From positions 530 to 64,529 of the forward strand of contig JAFXQX010000001.1 in NCBI GenBank assembly GCA_017526745.1: a stretch of DNA of 64,000 nt, read 5' to 3'. Under the pieces are notes generated by a model, which saw nothing but the letters and a program-made list of their open reading frames with translations, was not told the origin of the DNA and did no database searches. Shown here one piece after another: positions 9,285 to 18,157 of this stretch (position 1 is its first letter; each line of letters opens with the position of its first letter). Source of the stretch: Lachnospiraceae bacterium. Its GTDB lineage: Bacteria > Bacillota > Clostridia > Lachnospirales > Lachnospiraceae. The position numbers were made by a program, and so were the translations under genes.

Positions 9285-10784
9285 TTACTGCCTGTACAGG
9301 AACAGGTGACCTGCTGCGTTTTCATAAATACAATCATATCTGTCGGTAACGACATCATATATCTCGGGAAGGTTTTCCGCAAAGTCGTTGCCGATTATAA
9401 GCCACTTGGGCGCATCTTTATCAAACATTTCGAGGATATCGGTAAGCGCCTGCGGATAGAGTTCTATGAAGAACGGCAGATTTACAACATATCTGCAGCA
9501 TGGCGTTATATTGTTGACCTCGAACATCTGCATGTCGATCATAAACGAGAAGACGCTGCCACGGTCGCATTCCGGAATAAGAGCGCCGATGTCGGATGCG
9601 TTGCGGACGAATTCTTCTGAAGAGGCAAAATCGCGGTCATAAATAACGGTTTTCAGCGTATCTGTCCCCGTCGGCACATAGTAACCGAGGAAAACGAAGA
9701 AAAGCAGTATTACAACCGCCTGTCTCATATCTTCGAATATTATCAGCGGATCATAGATCTTCAGGAACATGACAAGCGCAAGCGTAAGCGCCGGATAAAC
9801 CATGGTAAAGTAATAGTAAAACGGCGTTCCGAGGTGCAGCATAAGCCATGTTGCCGCCGACATCGCCATCAGGATGACAGAGATCTCCTTTTGCATGCGT
9901 TTTCGCTGCAAAACGGCAAATACAAAGGCAAATACGCATCCGGACAGCTTCAGTTCCCATGTCAGGTTAAAACTCTCATAATAATTCGTACCCCTGGAGA
10001 AGCCCAGCCCGAACAGGCAGAACAGCATATCGGACAGTGCACCGTTTGCCCCGAAATATATGATCACGGGAAGAGCGGCGATCGAGGCCCCCAAAAGGAC
10101 ATATATTATGACAAGACCGAGCCTCTTAAAATTCTTACGGCAAAGGTCATAGTAGCAGATCGATGCAATGATCCCCAGAACCGGAGCGGCCACGCTGACC
10201 TTGGAAAAAACGTCAAATCCCAGGACGAGGCCGAGCAGAGTGACGGTTGTATAAGAAAGATCATCAAATGATCTTTTACCGCCCGCAACGGCGTGAAGCA
10301 CCAGGTACAGGCACGCGAGCGAAAATGGAAGAGCAAATTCCTCGAGAGTATTCCCGCCCCAAAGGGTGGTGATGCTGCCCCACAGATAGACCGCAAGTAC
10401 AAAGAGAGCCTTCTTTTTGGATATAAACAAAAGGGCGATCTCGTATATCAGTACCAGAGAAGCGAATGCAAACGGTACCTGTATGATAAAAGCACCGATC
10501 CTGTCATGTGCGAACAGCTGCCCGAGCGCTTCGATCAGAAAAAAATACGGTCCCTTCAGATCGAAAAAATCACGATACGGGACCTTACCTTCAAGGATCC
10601 CGCGTCCGACGAGCGTGAAAAAGCTTGCATCACATCCGTACCAGTTGGGATAAAACGGGCTGGTCCAAAGAGAAAACAGCAGCAGATGCACGGTACTTAC
10701 GATGAACAGTCCGGTGTATTCCACGATCTTCTGTCTGATCGGCAGCGTCTGTATGTTCGGATCGATAAAAGCGCGGCTTTTCAC
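9285..10784 (-). CDS. polytopic membrane protein, GT-C fold glycosyltransferase-like (ArnT/PMT family-like)
   Basis: About 12 TM helices. An early periplasmic-loop motif CDASFFTLVGRGILEGKVPYRDFFDLKGPYFF is typical of GT39/GT83-like enzymes. A ~110-aa soluble C-terminus follows. Confidence 0.55.
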   Translation of the reverse strand: MKSRAFIDPNIQTLPIRQKIVEYTGLFIVSTVHLLLFSLWTSPFYPNWYGCDASFFTLVGRGILEGKVPYRDFFDLKGPYFFLIEALGQLFAHDRIGAFIIQVPFAFASLVLIYEIALLFISKKKALFVLAVYLWGSITTLWGGNTLEEFALPFSLACLYLVLHAVAGGKRSFDDLSYTTVTLLGLVLGFDVFSKVSVAAPVLGIIASICYYDLCRKNFKRLGLVIIYVLLGASIAALPVIIYFGANGALSDMLFCLFGLGFSRGTNYYESFNLTWELKLSGCVFAFVFAVLQRKRMQKEISVILMAMSAATWLMLHLGTPFYYYFTMVYPALTLALVMFLKIYDPLIIFEDMRQAVVILLFFVFLGYYVPTGTDTLKTVIYDRDFASSEEFVRNASDIGALIPECDRGSVFSFMIDMQMFEVNNITPCCRYVVNLPFFIELYPQALTDILEMFDKDAPKWLIIGNDFAENLPEIYDVVTDRYDCIYENAAGHLFLYRQ

Positions 10785-10804
10785 GGTAAAACCTCTAACT
10801 TATT

Positions 10805-10832
10805 TTGACTTTTGACGATTATATATTATAAT
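10805..10832 (+). promoter_or_regulatory. sigma-A-like promoter for the 10884-17139 operon
   Basis: TTGACT, a 16-nt spacer, then TATAAT. Confidence 0.4.
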
Positions 10833-10883
10833 AAGAAAGATTGATAATTGCAATAAATACAAGGATTTTAAAGGGGATATGGC

Positions 10884-11360
10884 ATGTACGGTCAGGAAGC
10901 AAATCTTAGGGAACAGGTCATAGAAGAGTACAGGGATGATCTGGTAAAGCTCCTTAAATATCTGCCTTTTCTTGAGAAGAAGAGCGGTAAGGACGTTACG
11001 CAGTTTTATGAGGGCGACGAAAAGAACAAGGTGATACCGGTGCCCGTCTACGATTCCACGCTGCTTGGCTTTGTCAAAGAGGCAAAGACCACCAAGTTCA
11101 TGAACAGGAATTATCCTTACGTTTACCGCAAGTGGAGGATGCCGACCCCTAATGATGAAAGGATAGCCATGGAATCGGCCACGATAAGGGATATGGACCT
11201 GTTCCGCGGGATAATGAGCAAATATGTTCTCGAGGGACAGCGCAAGAGCGTGATGTGGACAACGGCCGTCGAAGAGAGGATCTTCGTAACGGCACTTACA
11301 AAACTCCGCTCCCTTATATTTGATTACAGCAAAGAACCGCTTTCCGAAAGGCCGAGGTAA
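10884..11360 (+). CDS. hypothetical protein (158 aa)
   Basis: An AAAGGGGA RBS precedes the ORF, which is the first gene of a tightly packed operon. I recognise no motif. Confidence 0.5.
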   Translation: MYGQEANLREQVIEEYRDDLVKLLKYLPFLEKKSGKDVTQFYEGDEKNKVIPVPVYDSTLLGFVKEAKTTKFMNRNYPYVYRKWRMPTPNDERIAMESATIRDMDLFRGIMSKYVLEGQRKSVMWTTAVEERIFVTALTKLRSLIFDYSKEPLSERPR

Positions 11361-11365
11361 ATAAT

Positions 11366-12550
11366 ATGATCTCACGTAAGATGGAGGGCCTTGTTAAAGG
11401 CAGCTCGGTGATCCGGGCAATGTTTGAAGAAGGAAGACAGATGGCGGAAAAGTACGGTGCCGAGAATGTATTTGATTTCTCGCTGGGAAACCCCAACGTT
11501 CCCGCACCGGACGAAGTAAATGCCGCCATGATAGATATCATCAAAAATACGGACAGCGTAAAGCTTCACGGCTATATGAGCAATGCCGGCCACACGGAAG
11601 TTCGTCTGGCCATAGCAGACAGCCTTAACAAAAAGTTTGGTACGGACTATGATGAGAACTGTATCATTATGACCGTCGGCGCCGCGGGAGGCCTTAACGT
11701 TGCATTAAAGGCAATACTCGACCCCGGGGACGAGGTCATAGCCTTTGCTCCGTACTTTGGAGAGTATAATAATTACGTTTCGAACTTTGACGGAAAGATT
11801 GTTTCGATAACGCCTGATACCCAAACGTTTCAGCCCAATCTCTCGGAATTTGAGCAGAAAATATCGAACAGGACCAAGTGTGTTATCGTTAATTCCCCCA
11901 ATAACCCAACAGGTGTTATTTATTCAGAGGAGACTCTGAGGAGGATGGGCGCCATACTTGAGAAAAAACAAAGCGAGTATGGCACGGTGATCTATCTGAT
12001 CACGGATGAGCCGTATAGGGAACTTGCCTATGATGGTGCATCGGTCCCGTGGGTTCCGAAGTTCTACAAAAATACCATAGTGGGTTATTCCTACAGCAAA
12101 TCTCTTTCGCTTCCCGGCGAGAGGATAGGATATCTTGTCATACCGAAGGGGGCAGACGGGGCCGAAGAACTGGTGTCGGCCTGCTCGGTCGCAACCAGGA
12201 TACTCGGATTCGTGAACGCACCATCCATTATGCAGCTTGTCATCGGAAAGTGTCTGGATGCGTCAACCGATGTGTCGTACTATGACAGGAACAGGAATAC
12301 GCTCTACGAAGGACTGACTTCGCTTGGGTTTACATGCACCAAACCGGAAGGAGCATTCTATCTGTTTATGAAATCCCCTCTGGATGATGAAAAGGAGTTC
12401 GTAAACATCGCCAAGAAGTACCATCTTCTCCTGGTACCGGGCTCAACGTTCATGTGCCCCGGATATGTCAGGATCGCTTACTGTGTATCATATGACACGG
12501 TTGTCAATTCGCTTCCCATGTTCAAAAAGCTTGCAGGTGAGGTGCTATGA
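11366..12550 (+). CDS. PLP-dependent aminotransferase, class I/II (aspartate/aromatic type)
   Basis: FSLGNPNVP and NSPNNPTG are present, and the PLP-lysine motif is YSYSKSLSLPGERIGY. Confidence 0.8.
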   Translation: MISRKMEGLVKGSSVIRAMFEEGRQMAEKYGAENVFDFSLGNPNVPAPDEVNAAMIDIIKNTDSVKLHGYMSNAGHTEVRLAIADSLNKKFGTDYDENCIIMTVGAAGGLNVALKAILDPGDEVIAFAPYFGEYNNYVSNFDGKIVSITPDTQTFQPNLSEFEQKISNRTKCVIVNSPNNPTGVIYSEETLRRMGAILEKKQSEYGTVIYLITDEPYRELAYDGASVPWVPKFYKNTIVGYSYSKSLSLPGERIGYLVIPKGADGAEELVSACSVATRILGFVNAPSIMQLVIGKCLDASTDVSYYDRNRNTLYEGLTSLGFTCTKPEGAFYLFMKSPLDDEKEFVNIAKKYHLLLVPGSTFMCPGYVRIAYCVSYDTVVNSLPMFKKLAGEVL

Positions 12551-13617
12551 GCTGGGAGGATAATGTCAGACGGGTGACCCCGTATGTTCCGGGTGAGCAG
12601 CCGGGGGACAGTGAGCGGGTGATAAAACTCAACACCAATGAGATGCCGTATCCGCCTTCGCCGAAGGTGGACATGGCTCTTAAAGCATACGATGCCGCCG
12701 CACTCAGGCTGTATCCCGCAGCTGATGTTGCACCGCTTCGGGATGCTCTTGCCGCCCGGTACGGTTTTTCCGCAGACGAGGTCTTTGTCGGCGTCGGTTC
12801 GGATGATGTGCTTTCAATGGCATTTCTGACATTCTTTAATTCCGATAAACCCGTAATATTTCCCGATATCACATATTCGTTCTATGACGTATGGGCGGAC
12901 GTATACAGGATAAAGTATGAGATCAAGCCGCTCGATAAAGATTTTCGCATCGTAAAGTCTGATTATATGTGTGAAAACGGCGGGATCGTGATCGCCAATC
13001 CCAATGCTCCGACCGGTATTTCCCAGGCCGAGGACATAAGCTTTATTGAGGATATAGTCAGTGCCAATCCCCAAAGCGTGGTCATAGTCGATGAGGCGTA
13101 TGTTGATTTCGGAGGCTCAACCGCGCTTGGGCTTGTCAAGAAATACGATAATATACTTGTCGTCAGGACATTTTCCAAATCCAGGGCATTTGCCGGAATG
13201 AGGATCGGTTTTGCGATCGGATGTCCGAAAATGATAAAGTATCTTAATGACGTGAAGTATTCCGTCAATTCCTATACCATGAACCGTCCGGCGATCGATC
13301 TGGGCCTGGCCAGCCTGTCCGATGACGAGTATTTCGAAAAGACCGTAAATGCCGTAATCAGGACGAGGGAATGGACAAAGACCGAACTTCGCTCGCGCGG
13401 GTTTGCGGTCACGGACTCCAAAACAAATTTTGTGTTCGCCTCCCCGTCTTCAATAAGCGCAAAAGAACTGTTTGAAAAGCTCAGGGAACGCGGCATATAC
13501 GTCAGATGGTGGGATAAGGACCGGCTTCGCGACTGGCTGAGGATCTCGGTCGGAACAGATGAAGAGATGAAGGTCCTTATTGAAAATATTGATACTATAA
13601 CTGCATCGAAAGGTTGA
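12547..13617 (+). CDS. hisC: histidinol-phosphate aminotransferase
   Basis: Motifs seen are YVPGEQP, LNTNEMPYPPSP, NPNAPTG and the PLP-lysine motif RTFSKSRAFAGMRIGFA. Its start overlaps the upstream stop in an ATGA. Confidence 0.75.
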   Translation: MSWEDNVRRVTPYVPGEQPGDSERVIKLNTNEMPYPPSPKVDMALKAYDAAALRLYPAADVAPLRDALAARYGFSADEVFVGVGSDDVLSMAFLTFFNSDKPVIFPDITYSFYDVWADVYRIKYEIKPLDKDFRIVKSDYMCENGGIVIANPNAPTGISQAEDISFIEDIVSANPQSVVIVDEAYVDFGGSTALGLVKKYDNILVVRTFSKSRAFAGMRIGFAIGCPKMIKYLNDVKYSVNSYTMNRPAIDLGLASLSDDEYFEKTVNAVIRTREWTKTELRSRGFAVTDSKTNFVFASPSSISAKELFEKLRERGIYVRWWDKDRLRDWLRISVGTDEEMKVLIENIDTITASKG

Positions 13618-13623
13618 CATAAC

Positions 13624-14124
13624 ATGGAAAACATTATGAATTATCTCTGGGTATTCCTTATCAGCATGGTTCCGCTTATTGAACTTCGCGGGGCTATCCC
13701 CGTTGCATATACGATAAAAGCGACGGACCCGTCATTTAACCTTCTGCTCGGCTATATTGTGATAGCAGTCGGCAATATGATCCCCGTGCCGATCATATTC
13801 TTCTTTGCGAGAAAAGTGCTTGAGTGGGGAGCCGATAAGCCCGTGATCGGAGGATTTTTCTCCTTCTGCCTGAGGAAGGGGCATAAAGGCGGGGAAAAGC
13901 TCAAATCCAAAGCGGGCCGCGGACTGTTCGTTGCCCTGATGCTGTTTGTCGGTATCCCTCTTCCGGGAACGGGAGCCTGGACCGGAACACTTGCGGCATC
14001 GATACTCGATATGGATTTTAAAGAGAGCATAACTGCGGTAATATGCGGAGTTGCGCTTGCGGGCGTTATAGTTGGGGTGATATGCACGCTCGGCTTCGGC
14101 GCATGGCTCGGTATAGCAAGCTAG
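13624..14124 (+). CDS. small integral membrane protein (COG2426 / small multidrug export-like family)
   Basis: Four TM helices and an N-terminal ELRGAIPVA motif characteristic of that family. Confidence 0.55.
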   Translation: MENIMNYLWVFLISMVPLIELRGAIPVAYTIKATDPSFNLLLGYIVIAVGNMIPVPIIFFFARKVLEWGADKPVIGGFFSFCLRKGHKGGEKLKSKAGRGLFVALMLFVGIPLPGTGAWTGTLAASILDMDFKESITAVICGVALAGVIVGVICTLGFGAWLGIAS

Positions 14125-14144
14125 TAGGGGAAAAGGGGGAAATA

Positions 14145-15032
14145 ATGAAGTTTACGAAGATGCAGGGTTGTTCGAACGACTATGTCTATGTTAACTGTTT
14201 CGAGGAAAACGTTACGGACATGGGCGGGTTCGCGGTACAGGTCAGCAACAGGCACACCGGGATAGGTTCCGATGGTGCCATTTTCATATGTCCTGCCGAT
14301 GGGGCTGATGCCGAGATGAAGATGTACAATGCCGACGGATCGTACTCGGAGATGTGCGGAAACGGCATCAGGTGCGTTGCCAAGTATCTGTATGACAACT
14401 GCATCGTTGACAAAAAGGACATAGATATACTGTCCGGCGGGAGCGTCAAACGTATCCATGTGGAGACCGGACCGGAGATAGTCAGCGATCTTACCGGAAA
14501 GACCTTCTCCCAAAGGGAGGACGGAATGGCCGTCAATAAGGCCAGGGTCGATATGGGTGAGCCCATCCTCATGCCCGAAAGGATACCGGTCATATTCTCG
14601 GATGGGAGCGACCGCATCGTCTCGCACGACCTGTTTGTGGAAGATGGCAATTACAAGGTGACCTGTGTTTCGGTCGGAAACCCTCACTGTGTTGTATTTG
14701 TAGATAATGTGGATGCAGTCCCGCTTGAGAGCCTCGGACCGAAGTTTGAGAGTCATGTGTGCTTTCCCAACCGCATAAATGCGGAGTTCGTACAGATCGT
14801 CGACAGAGGAAACGTCCGTATGCGCGTATGGGAACGCGGGGCGGGCGAGACACTCGCCTGCGGCACCGGCGCATGCGCAACGGCTATTGCAACCATACTC
14901 AACGGTTTTTCGGATGACCGCGTCACCGTACATCTTCGCGGCGGTGACCTTGATATATTCTGGGACAGAAATGGCGATAACCACGTGTATATGACAGGGG
15001 ACGCCGTAACGGTTTTTGCAGGGGAGATATAA
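14145..15032 (+). CDS. dapF: diaminopimelate epimerase
   Basis: [16 protein letters not shown] is at the N-terminus. The two catalytic Cys motifs are EMCGNGIRC and [11 protein letters not shown]. The ATG at 14145 follows a GGGGGA RBS. The ORF track start at 14043 is upstream and overlaps the previous gene. Confidence 0.9.
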   Translation: MKFTKMQGCSNDYVYVNCFEENVTDMGGFAVQVSNRHTGIGSDGAIFICPADGADAEMKMYNADGSYSEMCGNGIRCVAKYLYDNCIVDKKDIDILSGGSVKRIHVETGPEIVSDLTGKTFSQREDGMAVNKARVDMGEPILMPERIPVIFSDGSDRIVSHDLFVEDGNYKVTCVSVGNPHCVVFVDNVDAVPLESLGPKFESHVCFPNRINAEFVQIVDRGNVRMRVWERGAGETLACGTGACATAIATILNGFSDDRVTVHLRGGDLDIFWDRNGDNHVYMTGDAVTVFAGEI

Positions 15033-15033
15033 G

Positions 15034-17139
15034 ATGACAAACGTACCTGAAATGTTTGGAAGCATGGTATTCAATGATGCGGTTATGCAGGAGCGCCTTC
15101 CCAAGGAGACGTACAGATCGCTGCACAAGACGATGGAGACCGGGAATGAGCTCGACATAAACGTGGCAAATGCCGTCGCTGCCGCCATGAAGGACTGGGC
15201 GGTGGAAAAAGGTGCCACTCACTTTACACACTGGTTCCAGCCGATGACCGGAAGAACGGCGGAAAAGCATGATTCATTTATATCGCCGCAGCCCGACGGC
15301 CGGGCGATCATGGAGTTCTCCGGCAAAGAGCTCATAAAGGGAGAGCCGGATGCATCAAGCTTCCCCTCCGGAGGCCTTCGCGCCACATTTGAGGCCAGAG
15401 GTTACACGGCATGGGATCCGACGAGCTTCGCTTTCGTCAAGGACGGCGTACTGTGCATCCCCACTGCATTCTGTTCATACGGCGGAGAGGCTCTGGACAA
15501 GAAAACACCCCTCCTTCGCTCAATGGAGGAGATCAATACCCAGGCTATGAGGATACTCCGCCTGTTCGGAAATAAAGATGTCAAGCATGTATGGACCACG
15601 GTCGGTGCCGAGCAGGAGTACTTTCTTATAGACAGAAAGCTCAGGGACAGACGCAGGGACCTTATCTTCTGCGGAAGGACACTGTTCGGGGCAAGCGCAC
15701 CCAAAGGACAGGAGATGGATGATCATTATTTCGGAGCCATCAAGCCCAGGATCAGTGCTTTTATGAAGGAACTCAACGAGGAACTGTGGAAACTCGGTGT
15801 TTATGCAAGGACTGAGCACAATGAGGCGGCTCCCGCCCAGCATGAGCTCGCCCCCATATATACGACCACAAACCTGGCGTGTGACCAGAACCAGGTCACG
15901 ATGGAGATAATGAAGAACGTTGCAGCCAAGCACGGCATGGTCTGCCTTCTCCATGAGAAGCCGTTTGAGGGGGTCAACGGAAGCGGTAAGCATAACAATT
16001 GGTCGATATCGACGGATACGGGAGTCAATCTGCTCGAGCCCGGAAAATCGCCTCATGAGAACGCCCAGTTCCTGCTGTTTCTTGCAGCGATGATAAAGGG
16101 AATAGACGAGTACCAGGAAATAATGCGCGCATGCGTTGCATCTGCAGGAAACGACCACCGCCTGGGAGGCGCCGAAGCTCCTCCGGCGATAGTTTCCGTA
16201 TTTGTAGGCGATGATCTTGCGGAAGTGCTCTCATGCATCGAAGAGGGAAAACCATATAAGGGGGACCGGAGCGGCCGCATGGAGATCGGCGTTTCCGTAC
16301 TTCCGTCGATCCCCAAAGATTCCACGGACCGGAACCGTACGTCGCCTTTCGCATTTACCGGAAACAAGTTTGAATACAGATCTGTAGGCTCATCCCAGTC
16401 CATAGCCGGCGCCAATACGGTACTTAACACGATCATGGCAGAAGAGCTCGGCCAGTTTGCGGATGAGCTCGAGAAAGCGAAAAAGGGTGATTTTAACAAG
16501 GTATTAAACGATCTTATCAAGAGGACCATAAAAGAGCATAAGAGGATCATCTTTAACGGGGACGGATATTCGGAAGTGTGGGAAGAAGAGGCCAGACGCA
16601 GAGGCCTTGCAAACCTTAAGACGACGGTGGATGCCCTTCCGGCATTTCTCATGGAGAAGAATATCAAGCTGTTTGCGGACCACGGAATATATACGGAAAA
16701 GGAGATGAGGAGCCGCTATGCGATCCTTCTCGACACGTATAACAAGATAATCAATATCGAGGCTCATACGATGATCGATATGACCAGAAAAGAGATCCTT
16801 CCGGCCGTAAGCCGCTATAACGGTGAGCTTACGCAGACCCTTGAGTCCAAGATGGCTGCAGCAGACAGGCTGGGAACGGATATCGCCCATAACATGGAAG
16901 AAGAGACGCTCGCGACCCTTTCCGAGCTTTGCGACCGTGCGATGACAGAAGTTGTCATGCTTGAGACCCTTGCCGCCAAGACTGATTTTTCGGATGATCT
17001 TGAACGCGGAACGTATTACAGGGATCGTGTGATCCCTGCAATGAATGCGCTCCGCGCCACATGTGATAATATGGAATCCCTTACGGCACGCAGATTTTGG
17101 CCGTTCCCGCAGTACGGAGACTTACTGTTCCATATCTGA
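15034..17139 (+). CDS. glnN: glutamine synthetase type III
   Basis: The protein is 701 aa with the N-terminus [15 protein letters not shown]...[12 protein letters not shown] and the segment [10 protein letters not shown], as in type III GS. Confidence 0.85.
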   Translation: MTNVPEMFGSMVFNDAVMQERLPKETYRSLHKTMETGNELDINVANAVAAAMKDWAVEKGATHFTHWFQPMTGRTAEKHDSFISPQPDGRAIMEFSGKELIKGEPDASSFPSGGLRATFEARGYTAWDPTSFAFVKDGVLCIPTAFCSYGGEALDKKTPLLRSMEEINTQAMRILRLFGNKDVKHVWTTVGAEQEYFLIDRKLRDRRRDLIFCGRTLFGASAPKGQEMDDHYFGAIKPRISAFMKELNEELWKLGVYARTEHNEAAPAQHELAPIYTTTNLACDQNQVTMEIMKNVAAKHGMVCLLHEKPFEGVNGSGKHNNWSISTDTGVNLLEPGKSPHENAQFLLFLAAMIKGIDEYQEIMRACVASAGNDHRLGGAEAPPAIVSVFVGDDLAEVLSCIEEGKPYKGDRSGRMEIGVSVLPSIPKDSTDRNRTSPFAFTGNKFEYRSVGSSQSIAGANTVLNTIMAEELGQFADELEKAKKGDFNKVLNDLIKRTIKEHKRIIFNGDGYSEVWEEEARRRGLANLKTTVDALPAFLMEKNIKLFADHGIYTEKEMRSRYAILLDTYNKIINIEAHTMIDMTRKEILPAVSRYNGELTQTLESKMAAADRLGTDIAHNMEEETLATLSELCDRAMTEVVMLETLAAKTDFSDDLERGTYYRDRVIPAMNALRATCDNMESLTARRFWPFPQYGDLLFHI

Positions 17140-17156
17140 TATCCGGCTCATCGTAT

Positions 17157-17972
17157 TCAGGATTCTTTATTCCTGGAGTATACGAAGTAAAGTATCCCTG
17201 CAAGCAGCAATCCGACGGCGGTCACAATGCCTATAAGCGCCCAGCTGACGCTTGCAATACCTGAAAGGTCAAAATCGCCTGTTCCGGCATTCTGCAGGTG
17301 CATGAAGATCATCCTGATATCAAACAGTGCAACTGTGGCAAGCATCAGACCGATGACAAGCTTCGGAACGGAGATAGTGCCTTTTCTGTTTTTATTGAGA
17401 TGGATAATGCGGTCGCTTCTAAAATCAAGGACCGAGCCTATATAGTAGGCGACTATTGCCGTGACCAGCATTTCGGGGACCATATAGGTCGCATTGTAAC
17501 CGATGGAATAAACAAGGGCCGCTTTTGTGGGAATGGGAAGCCCGGCCCATACGGTCGCTCCGGAGATGACATGACACAGATATCTCAGGAAAGTTGCCAG
17601 AACGGATCCGAGAACAAGTGCCGAAGGCTGGGAAGACATTTTGCCAAACAATCCGGCGGCTCCTACCGACATATAAGCTATGAGATAATCAAGAATGATA
17701 ACAGCAACAATCGACTGCCAAGTGGTCACATACGACAGATTGTCAAGGCCGAGTAGCTGTTGGAGCAGTCCGAATACAAATCCGGTAATGAGTCCCCATT
17801 TCACCCCATATCTATAAGCAATTATAATTACAGGAAGCATACACGCTATGGTGACTGATCCCCCGTACGGCATGTCGATCAGTTTGATGACGGACAGTAC
17901 GGTACCTATGGCGATCATTATTGAAGACTCGGTAAGCCTTTTTGCTGTAGATACTTTAAAGTTTTGTGACAT
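17157..17972 (-). CDS. thiT: ECF-type thiamine transporter S component ThiT with a C-terminal 2-TM extension
   Basis: The ThiT-like core reads IAIGTVLSVIKLIDMPYGGSVTIACMLPVIIIAYRYG. It sits directly downstream of a TPP riboswitch. At 271 aa it is longer than the ~190 aa usual for ThiT. Confidence 0.75.
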   Translation of the reverse strand: MSQNFKVSTAKRLTESSIMIAIGTVLSVIKLIDMPYGGSVTIACMLPVIIIAYRYGVKWGLITGFVFGLLQQLLGLDNLSYVTTWQSIVAVIILDYLIAYMSVGAAGLFGKMSSQPSALVLGSVLATFLRYLCHVISGATVWAGLPIPTKAALVYSIGYNATYMVPEMLVTAIVAYYIGSVLDFRSDRIIHLNKNRKGTISVPKLVIGLMLATVALFDIRMIFMHLQNAGTGDFDLSGIASVSWALIGIVTAVGLLLAGILYFVYSRNKES

Positions 17973-17975
17973 AAA

Positions 17976-18090
17976 AAAACCTCCTTTAACGCATAGGAGG
18001 GGATGTACATGCTTCCCTACGCCGGTATTACCCGGATCAGGTAATGAGGGTTCGCCCCGCGGGCGATCTCAGCAGTCGCTCCCCTAGCTT
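17976..18090 (-). promoter_or_regulatory. TPP (THI-box) riboswitch with expression platform
   Basis: The minus strand reads GGGGAGCgacugCUGAGAucgcc...ACCCucauuACCUGAUCCGGGUAAUACCGGCGUAGGGAAGC. A CCUCCU...AGGAGG hairpin plus a U7 run follows and includes the thiT SD. Confidence 0.9.
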
Positions 18091-18157
18091 TGATACAACA
18101 TCACAGAGTATATCACTCAAAACGTGTATTGACAACAATATGTAGAGAGAAGATCAG

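Noticed and set aside
14121-15218. A 365-aa ORF on the minus strand, antisense to dapF and the start of glnN.
   Set aside because: It is entirely nested opposite two genes with strong, motif-level identifications. It has no RBS and an Arg/His/Cys/Pro-rich composition typical of shadow frames. The same reasoning applies to the other long antisense ORFs: 23358-24392, 15520-16158, 16053-16667, 47290-48030, 58109-58810, 59275-60024, 45852-46442, 10800-11375 and 50792-51307.
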